This document shows positions 53,896 through 64,000 of a stretch of DNA of 64,000 bases, in pieces. How positions within the stretch are numbered: position 1 is the first letter of the stretch; the number at the start of each line of letters is the position of its first letter. The notes beneath the pieces were generated by a model. The model was given only the letters and a program-made list of their open reading frames with translations. It was not told the DNA's origin and ran no database searches. The translations under genes and the position numbers were made by a program. This DNA comes from Leucoraja erinacea (lineage: Eukaryota): assembly GCF_028641065.1 (NCBI RefSeq), contig NC_073399.1:3410001-3474000 (forward strand), written 5' to 3'.

Positions 53896-54729
53896 TTATC
53901 AAAGAACATTGTTACTTCTCAAAGACTTGAGAACTTTGAGTTATTAAGGAAAAAAAATCTGTCACTGAATTTTGCTCAAAACCAAATGTTTTCACACATC
54001 ACAAAACACTTCTGTTTGAATGAACAAATTCTGTTAGTGTAATGTAGTATGAGGAAGGGTCCCGGCCCAAAACGTTGCCTATCCATGTTCTCCCAAAACG
54101 CTACATGACCCAATGAGTTACACCCAACACTTTGTGTCTTCTGTTATATTGAAAACCACCTTTAATCTATATGTTCAGATTTTAATTAACTTGGTATCAC
54201 TTAACACATGCTGCAAAAGAGTTACGGATCTAGCTTTGACTTTCTTCAGAAGAAATAGAAGGTTTATTTAAATAATGACACTGGTGCAAGACAATTTTCA
54301 TGACACGCTGCTCAGCCAGGGCAGACAGACCTTGACCCTGGACCTAGTCTTTATTAGAGACCCCGGCAATGCTCCAAGTAAACACCAAATTCACCACAGT
54401 GGATTGAAAATGAATCTACCCTTTTTGAAAATCAAATTAGCTGTTTTCAAATTGCTTAATAGGTCTCTGGTCATTTTCATCTGAAATGTTAAATTAAGAA
54501 CATTTGATATATTGGTTACCAGTTTAACAATTCAGTTGATTCCCCTTTTCTATTTTGCCTGTATCCCTCCAATCTATTCCCCTTCAGGTACCTATCAACT
54601 TTGCAGATTGACACTTACACTCATTTACAGTAGCCAATTAAACAAACCAATTTGTCTTTGGGAAGTGGGATGATCCAGCTAAAACCTATGTAGTTACAAG
54701 TAAAATGATCACAGCCCACAAAACAGACA

Positions 54730-55031
54730 TTGTGGCGCAGCGGCAAAGTCGCTGCCTTAGAGCGCATGCAGCTCTGGTGACCAGGGTTCGATAATGACTA
54801 CGGGTGCTGTCTGTACGGAGTTTGTATGTTCTACCCATGGGTTTTCTCCGAGATCTTCGGTCTCCTCCCACACTCCAAAGATGTACAGGTATGTAGGTTA
54901 ATTGGCTTAGTAAATGCAAATATGGTTCTTAGTGGGTGTAGGATAGTGTTAATATGTGGAGATTGCTGGTTGGCATGGACCCAGTGTGCCGATAGGGCCT
55001 GTTTCCGTGCTGCATCTCTAAACTAAACTAA
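54730..55031 (+). mobile_element. HE1-like V-SINE
   Basis: gtggcgcagcgg A-box, gggttcgat B-box, V domain and ctctaaactaaac tail. Confidence 0.8.
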
Positions 55032-55457
55032 AAAGATGCCAGAATCAGACCTGGACCCCTGGTTCTCTAAGACGATCTGTCACTGCTGCTTCATTGCTAA
55101 AAATAATATGTCTAAATGTAACAAAAATTTGGGTTTGTAGAGTAGATGAGGTAGCCAAATAATTTGAGTTTGTACTGGTAAAACCAATTTGAAATACACT
55201 AATGCTGTACAACAATTTGGCTCAATATGCAAATATATGTCAGAATTACCTCAGTGGGGCTTCAGAATGTGCCAGGGGCATAAAAGTGACCACTTATGTT
55301 AAGTTCTCTCTTTGTCAGGAGTCAGTAATTTGTAATCAAAGATCACGTCATAGGCAGATACACCTTGTGTATGCTACAGCTTGCTGCTATAATAATTCAT
55401 TAACAGCAGTCAGGCATGGCTCAAACTTACAAGATTGCTACCGTACTCCAGGAACTA

Positions 55458-55745
<288 letters not shown>

Positions 55746-55954
55746 CTAATTCCACAGTGTGGCAGATATTGAAACCTGTAGACTGGCAAACAGTTCCAAT
55801 ACAAGGATAATTTAAATTCCAGGCCTTAACTTGGGATCTTATCAGCTGCAGATCATTAATTTAAGAGTATGATATATGGATAATCTGTGAATGGCCCATT
55901 AGAGGGACCTTAAGAGACATTAAGAGATTAGAGTGACGAGGAGGAAGATAGAGT

Positions 55955-56101
55955 AGAAACAAATAACTGCAGGTGCTGGTTTGTACCAAAGGTAGACAAA
56001 GTGCTGGAGCAACTCAGACTGAAGAAGGATCCTGACCTGAAACGTCATCTGTCCTTTTTCTCCAGAGATGTTGCCTGACCCGCTGAGTTACTTCAGCACT
56101 G
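55955..56101 (+). mobile_element. Fold-back Penelope-derived mini-element with hammerhead core (56019-56046)
   Basis: Inverted tail joined to CTGAAGA-AGGatcctgaCCT-GAAAC-GTC. Confidence 0.78.
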
Positions 56102-56369
56102 AAAAGAGTGCTTGCCAACAAACAAGGCAGATGCAAAAGCCAGTGGCTAGTTCAAGAATGGAGTAGTAAATAGGGTGAATCATGCAAGTTGTGTTGGATT
56201 TAGTGGAATACAAGTTAAGAGTTGAGAAAAAGTAGGATAGATGCATACTGCATCACATGCAAACTGAAAACGGAGAGATAAAAATATATGGTTTTGAATA
56301 TGGTGGACAACGTAGGTGACTGGGAATTATAGTTTATACAAAAACAAGGAAATATACAAAAAAATATAC

Positions 56370-56746
56370 ATTGAAACATATAAGATTGTTAAGGGCTTGG
56401 ACACACTAGAGGCAGGAAACATGATCCCGATGTTGGGGGAGTCCAGAACGAGGGGCCACAGTTTAAGAATAAGGAGCAAGCCATTTTGGAACGGAGACAA
56501 GGAAACACTTTTTCTCACAGAAGGTGATGAGTCTGTGGAATTCTCTGTCTCAGAGGGCGGTGGAGGCAGGTTCTCTGCATGCTTTCAAGAGAGAGCTTGA
56601 TAGGGGTCTTAAAGATAGCAGAGTCAGGGGATATGGGGAGAAGGCAGGAACGGGGTACTGATTGGGGATGACCAGCCATGATCACAATGAGTGGCGGTGC
56701 TGGCTCGAATGGCCGAATGGCTACTCCTGCACCTATTGTCTATTGT
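56370..56746 (+). mobile_element. CR1 3' end
   Basis: IETYKIVKGLDTLEAGNMIPMLGESRTRGHSLRI plus CR1 3' UTR. Confidence 0.85.
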
Positions 56747-56949
56747 AAAAAGAGCAGCTTGATCAGTAGATATATTCATAGTCAGTCTACGAGTCCAGAA
56801 TCTGAGTGCTTACACAAGAAACTGGAAGCACTCGGATTGTGATTACCTATTATTATTCTGCATTCTCAACCATATGCAAATTGTTTAGAGGAGGGTTACC
56901 CCACCTCTCTTGCACTACATTCAGCTCTGGATTAGCTTGACAATAAGAA

Positions 56950-57400
56950 CACTAGCAAGTTTGCGGATGACACTGCCACCCAGCTTTGTGTCATCCGCAA
57001 ACTTGCTAGTGTTGCTCCTAATTCCCTCTTCCAAATCATTATACACACACCGAGCCTTGCATATATGTATACATATATGTATATATATACACTCGTCACT
57101 GCCTGCCATTCTGAAAAGGCCCAGTTCACTCCTACTCTTTGCTTCCTGTCTGCCAACCAATTTTCTATCCACGTCAACACCCTACCCCCAATACCATGTG
57201 CTCTAATTTTAGTCACCAGTCTCCCGTGCAGGACCTTATCAAAGGCTTTCTGAAAGTCTAGATACACTACATCCACTGGCTCCCCTTCATCCATTTTACT
57301 TGTCACATCCTCAAAAAATTCCAGAAGATTAGTCAAGCATGATTTTCCTTTCATAAATCCATGCTGACTTGGACTAATCTTTTTACTGCTATCCAAATGC
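56950..57400 (-). mobile_element. CR1 reverse-transcriptase fragment
   Basis: SQHGFMKGKSCLTNLLEFFE...VDVVYLDFQKAFDKV and KFADDTKLGG. Confidence 0.88.
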
Positions 57401-57679
57401 TGTGTAATCCTGCACCATTCTGCTGTTTGAACTCGTCGCCATATTATTACTATGTATATTGTTTACACTGAGCTTCAAGTGAGAAAGGAATTTCATTGCA
57501 AACTGGTGTACACAATAACAATCTAACTGAATTGTGTTACTTTTCTCCTTTCATCTGCAACAGTTCAAAATCCATCTTTATAATGTAAATTTTAGTCAGT
57601 TCTCCTGCAGTCATTTTGACTTCAATTGTCAATTGAATAAACTAATGCATATGCCAGAATGCCACTATCCAGTATCTTA

Positions 57680-57922
<243 letters not shown>

Positions 57923-60084
57923 TTAAGGTACTCTTAAATATTAATGAACACACTCATTTTGGAATTTCCCTAATGAGAGGTAATATTAGCCATTTCACAT
58001 GTGATGGATTCTATGCTTATATACAGTTGTCTGCATTCACATGTGCTGTACATACACACACACATACCATGTAGACCTGGAGTGAACTGTGGCCTAATGC
58101 CACCCAGAATCATCCCTGGTGGTTCACCAAGCCCAAACTGACCAAGGCATGTGATAGGGGCTATCTTGCTGGCATCCAACATGGCTGTCCAGAGGCCCCA
58201 TCCACTTATCATCCATCTGGACAGGCGTTGATAGATTTATATTAAAAGTTTTCAGTTTCCATGAGATACAAAATTAAAACTGAAATAAAAATTTAGAAAT
58301 TGAAAGTAGTTAAGAAAACACATAATTAAAACCTTGAAGCAAAATAATTAAGCTTAGCTTCTAACTCTTTGCCCGACCACCATCAAAATTAATGGCGTCT
58401 CAGAACGTAGGCATCCAAATATCAATTCCCCGGCATGATTCTGGAGAAACCCAGCAAGATTGGTCCTGGCTGTTGGGCGTTGTATTAAGATAAAGAGCCA
58501 AAGTAAACTAGAAGGTACAGTTCTCAGGATACAAGAATAGAGAGATCCAGGGTAAATGTACATTTAAATTGTTAACACAGGCTGAGAAACTGGTTTTAGT
58601 TACGTGGCCAGGCTGGTGTTGCTGGGGTGTTCGCCATGGAACTGAGAAGGTTGAAAGGGGCCTGTTGTGCTGCTGCTGTGTGTGCTGTTGTGGGATATAT
58701 GACAATCACCACACTTTACTCTCTTCAAGTAGAGATGTTAAAAATCGTGAAAGGGATGGACAGGGAGAAACTGTTCCATTGGTGGTGAGATTAATGAACA
58801 GGAAAAGAAACGGAGTGGCAAAAGAGCAAAGAATACGAGGAGCATTTATAAAAATAAAGCACAAATGTCTGGAATACATTCCAAGAGTAGTAGAGGAGGC
58901 AGGTTCATTTTCCAGTGTTCAAAAATGATCCAGGCAAGTCTCTAAATACAAACTTGCAGAGCTACAAAAAAAAAAGGGGGTAGTGGTATGGAATGAGGTA
59001 GTCTCTTCTTTCCCAGCATCGATTTTGCAATTCTGATTCTACATACTATTCAATGATGGACAGACTTGATCCTTTACAGTGGCCAGAAACCTTGGATTTC
59101 TATGTTTGACAGAGTATTTGCAAAAGTCTGCCACTTGGAACAGCTGAAAAGTACGACAAAGAGTTTGTTATGCGAATACTTAAAAGAAAGCAAGCCTGGT
59201 TTTTCTGGAATATAACCTGCAAAGCGCTCTTCGACTAACACATTATTTTGTGCATGTCCTTAAACTTTAATCAGAAGTCAGTTTGTTACAGTAACACCGA
59301 CTACAAAAGTTCACCAATAATAAAATTAATTTAAAAAACTGGTCTATAAAGTTACTTTTAACATTAAAAAAAATTATACCCACTGAAGTCGATTTGTCTT
59401 CTGCAGATAATTTCATGCTTGTTGAATTTCCAAATTAAAATTTAATATGCAACAATTTAAATGGACAGATTATATGTCTGTAAACAGGTGGACTTCACAC
59501 ATGCTGTTTTTCAAGTACTGTAAACATTAGCAGCAATTCATTTCAAAGAGCAAATGGCTATTTATAGATGATATCAGGGATAAACAGTCTCACTAAGAAC
59601 TCCATGGCAGGACTGCGCACAACATAGGGACTGTTGCGTAAACAACTTCAAGTATCACACCCATTTGTTACTAGCTACCTTGTCCCTTGCGCAGATCAGC
59701 AGGTGCTGTTTTTCTTGGTTGCGTTTCATCTCCACAAAGCACCAACTCTGCAGTGCTGTTTATACAATTCATCCCTGAAACAATCTCCATCTGTCAACCA
59801 AAATATTTAGCAGAATGCAACCATCACATTTTCGCAATGCTTGCAGTCTTTAAAAATAAAACTGGTTTTGCAAAAAAAGAGATAAATGCATTACCCAGAT
59901 GAACATTTATAAACAAACATAACTGCAGCAGTCCAAGTGCCTAACTGACAATTATTTCAACATGTTGATATATTAGAAGCCCTGAAAGTTTGTTCCCTGG
60001 CCCCAACGAATCATCTTTAACATGGATGGACAATCTCTTTACATCTCCATCCTGTTGAAGGCCCCCTGCCTTTTCCTTGAGCAA

Positions 60085-60418
60085 ACTTCCCGATGTTGGG
60101 GAAGTCCAGGACAAGGGGTCACAGCTTAAGGATAAGGGGGAAATCCTTTAAAACAGAGACGAGAAGAATTTTTTTCACACAGAGAGTGGAGAATCTCTGG
60201 AACTCTCTGCCACAGAGGGTAGTTGAGGCCAGTTCATTGGCTATATTTAAGAGGGAGTTAGATGTGGCCCTTGTGGCTAAGGGGATCAGAGGATATGGAG
60301 AGAAGGCAGGTACGGGATACTGAGTTGGATGATCAGCCATGATCATATTGAATGGCGGTGCAGGCCCGAAGGGCCGAATGGCCTACTCCTGCACCTAATT
60401 TCTGTTTCTATGTTTCTA
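60085..60418 (+). mobile_element. CR1 3' end
   Basis: Reverse complement of 3147-3505, with (tttctatg) tail. Confidence 0.88.
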
Positions 60419-62198
60419 AAAATAGATCATGGGAAGAATGAAAGCATTTTCGAAATGATCCTCTTGACCAGACTTAGATTTTAAAGTGTACACCAAAATA
60501 CCAAACAAAAGTCAGCTTACATGCACCTGAGCCTCATATTGCAAATTTAAAATTCATCCACATTTGATCAAATTGTTTTAAAGTATGATCAAAGTGTTCC
60601 AAATTGGACATTTTGTATTGTTAGCAAAAGAGTCTGTCATGCCCTCAAGTATTTCATAAAATCTTTAGTGAGCATCTTCAACAGAACATTGCAAAGTATT
60701 TCATACATTAAGCACATAAAGATGATAAATGACTACGAACTTGATTTAAAGCAAGTTTAGAACAACGAACTAAGAGGGGCTCAAAACACACTTGAAAAAA
60801 AATACTACAAAAGTTTCAAATCATATTTAATAGTAGGAAAATTCTGTTTGGCTTCTTCTAGATATCAATTCAGCAATTTGAAATTTAGAAACAAGGAAAG
60901 AACCAAAAAGGAAAGGAGATAAGAGTTTTCACCCTTAGCGTACGAGGGAAATTGGATGTGCCCGAAAAGGACGCAAAAATTCCCCCGCCCCATTTTGCTA
61001 ATACACACATCTCGGAGTTCTCATTTAAAAAATATTTATAGCGAGGCTACTCTTTCACTTTGACCTCATCAATTCTGTCACCTTTTGTTGGCTTCTCATA
61101 AAACCACAAGCTTCAAACTTACTGTCCCATTGAGTTATTCCAGCATTGTGTCTATCTTCAAACTTACTACTCTTTTCAACATTAAGTCGCTTTGTTTAAT
61201 TTTGTGACATCCTAACAACTTAATTGGATCATTTTTCCTTTGAACTGATTTCTTAATAGATGATATTATATCTCATTTAAATGTGTGAATATCTCTTACC
61301 AACAAATCTTTGAGTCTAATTTCAGTCTACAATATGCACCAATGCCCTGTTATTGGTAAAAGTCAGTACCACATCCTGTCACATTTTGATCACTATCCAA
61401 ACCACTTCTGTGTTCAATGGTGCCTTTTCTGTTTAAAGTGCAACATTTCCCTTATTTGATCACCCCAGCTCTCCACAAATACTCATAATACAGTAAGTTT
61501 AAAGCCCTACCTCCTACATCTGCCCTTAAGTAATTTGCCAAAGTACAAATTCCTGTTCTTCCCAGCAAAATATCTCTAATTTCCCCCTTACTGTTGCCTG
61601 TCTCACTGGTTCAAAAGCTGGCGTGTCTTTTGGGCATGTACAAGGCATGATAGTTCAGCCATGTAAAAAATTGTAATCATTTCACTTTTTAATCTGACCA
61701 TGCTACCAAAGCCGAATGAAATCTTTAATGCAGAATTTTTAATAAATTAAAAATAGTAGAGTTAGAACTGTGTCGTCATAACCAACTGTTCAAGTGAAGG
61801 ATTCTAAATGTGTGCTGCTTGGTTGAAAATAATGTACAATTTATAAACCATTTTTCAAATTTCTATAAAAAGATTTGAAAAATTATAATCTGCAATATTT
61901 GAATGCATGACCTTTATTCACCACATTTGTGGTCAGAAATATTTTGGCACTGAACACGTTAGGACCAATTCCCGGAACTGAATGGGCTCACATTCCAAAC
62001 ACTGTTCTTATTAATTTCCTCATACATCTATGCTGCAGGATGTAACGAGTCAGAACACTGACACTTTAGTCAATTGAAAATGTTGGTTTAATGTCCATAC
62101 CTTTATAATAATGTACGGCGTCACAAGGCAGAGACAAGAGTTCAAATGAAAAAATAACAAGTTGTAAAATAAGGTAGTTAGGCTTAAGCAATGCCAGA

Positions 62199-62710
62199 AG
62201 GGCTTCCCCGACGACAATGTCTATGACAAATTACAACAACCTACCACTTAGTTGGCGTCAAACTATTGACAATCGGTGACACACAAGGACGTCCACACCT
62301 ACGACCACACAGGAGACAACCTACAACAACCAAAGTCAACTCACAACTAGCTACGACCCTGTCGGCGACAATTGAAAACAACCGTAGACAATTCAGTCGC
62401 CGGTACCTGTCGCTGGTTGACGTAGGTAGTCGCCAATGGAATTCACCAAAGTCAGCACCAGCGAAAACCTACATCACCTGGCGACAACCTACGACAGCAC
62501 CTACGTCAGGAGAGGTCAAGCTACGCTCATTGGCGTCAACCCACTGTCGGCAACATTTTTTGAACATGTTGAAAATCCAGCGGCAACCAGAAAGAGGCTA
62601 CAACTCTTTGGGTGACTGAGGAGACTACTCACGATCATATAGGCAACACCCTGGCAACCATGTGGCAACAGCCTAGTCACCTAAAAAATAGCCTAAGTGG
62701 GACAGGCCCT
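62199..62710. mobile_element. PIF/Harbinger-type MITE
   Basis: Right end aagtgggacaggccc-ttta matches the TIR at 50574. CpG-rich cgacaacc/ctacgac internal repeats. Confidence 0.6.
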
Positions 62711-63155
62711 TTAGTCCTAGACGAGAGAAATTATCGCCAAATAGATATTCAGAAGACAAAAGTTATCTTTGGGGTTCTTGTCACAAACTCTACGTCCTAA
62801 CCAATGATCATTTGTCTCCCCGGCAGATGTTTAAAATTGATTACGGCCGTTGGTAATGAAACAAGCCGCTTTAGTTTTGTCTCCTCTGCTGTTATGCCCT
62901 CATTCATATATTTGGTATTTCCAAGTATTGCAACAGATAGCTGTCCGGTCTTTCTCATTTTATATATTGTAATTCTCATCCAGACAATACAATACAATAT
63001 CCCAACTCTCAGTGTATCATTCATGCATCACTGTTGAATTTCCTTAAAACCTACTTTGGGACAGGATGTTCAAGTGTCAAATTTATTTGCTACTGATCCT
63101 GTGAATCAATTTTGCCAAATTAAAAGATGCTACATTCCACAAACAACAAATTTTA

Positions 63156-63281
63156 GTCAAAAGGGTCTCGACCCGAAACGTCACCCATTCCTTCTCTTCA
63201 GAGATGCTGCCTGTCCCGCTGAGTTACTCCAGCTTTTTGTGTCTACCTTCAATTTAAACTAGCATCTGCAGTTCCTTCCTA
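63156..63281 (+). mobile_element. Penelope-derived mini-element with 11-bp TSD
   Basis: AACAAATTTTA at 63145-63155 and 63282-63292. Begins inside the hammerhead (aagggtctcgacccgaaacgtc). Confidence 0.82.
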
Positions 63282-63859
63282 AACAAATTTTACGGTGCAT
63301 TATGAATTTCTGGTAGTGGAGTGAGTGTTCTTTGCAAAGAGCCCCAAACTGATTACAAAAACATATCTAGCATGCTTTTGGCCTCACATAATGACTATTC
63401 AGTAACTTGTATTACTAATTAAAACTTACTGGAATTTTTATAGCAAATATGGCAAGTAATTATAGCTCTCCTAACAAGCAAATATTTATGATTGACTACT
63501 GAATAGAACAGGTCAAAATACATCCACAGTCTTGCACAACTGATTAAAAAAAGTCAAATAACTTTAATTTACTGTATTCCTGTATATCAATGTATAATAT
63601 GCAAACACATAATATTCTAGAAATTATCTAGACTAAGAAAAGGCAAAAGGTTTACATATTAACATATATGTACATCTGTATATGCGCTACATGATTTCGG
63701 GAAGTCAAGGTGTCACAAGGTGCTTTGCTGCTGATGTGTTTTCAAGTATAAAGTAAAAAGACACAGCCAGATGTTTCGACAGAGCAATGAAATAAATGTA
63801 CAGATCATTTGTTTTAGGTGGTGATGGAGGGATAAATATTGGGAAGACACTAACTCCAC

Positions 63860-64000
63860 GTCTATCGAATGGTTTTCCATTCCTCAACACTCATCACCGC
63901 AGTAGTGTTGTTGGCTAATTTAATGATTAGATTGGTGCTTCGCCACAGTCGTGGGTATGAAAAGAGCAGAGTAGGAGGCTAAGCATGCAGCCTCGAGGCA
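63860..64000 (-). mobile_element. Degenerate Rex1/Babar RT fragment (runs off the window)
   Basis: Minus strand PRGCMLSLLLCSFHTHDC resembles the RT motif PQGCVLSPLLFxxYTHDC. Confidence 0.55.

Noticed and set aside
62266-62619. 117-aa ORF with repeated RQPTT motifs
   Set aside because: Lies within a MITE with short internal repeats and shows no protein similarity I recognise.

Overview
AT-rich vertebrate genomic DNA, very probably from a cartilaginous fish (skate or ray-like, inferred from HE1-type V-SINEs, Deu-SINEs, CR1, Rex-Babar and Penelope repeats). It carries the conserved RAB40B > WDR45B >< FOXK2 block: the last two coding exons of RAB40B (+), the complete 10-exon WDR45B/WIPI3 CDS (+; 1035 nt, 344 aa) with a CpG-rich promoter, and exons 2-9 of FOXK2 (-; exon 1 lies beyond the window). 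Introns are dense with retroelements and DNA transposons, including a complete Tc1 copy with a frameshifted transposase and Harbinger and hAT MITEs. The most notable non-obvious signal is a dispersed family of short Penelope-derived elements carrying a minimal hammerhead-ribozyme core (CTGAnGA-a-stem-GAAAC-GTH, at least 12 copies). Several copies have 11-13 bp target-site duplications and fold-back ends, and their breakpoints cluster at the ribozyme 5' edge. Two assembly gaps lie in a C/CA-rich repeat in WDR45B intron 1. All family assignments come from motif recognition without database searches, and repeat boundaries are approximate.
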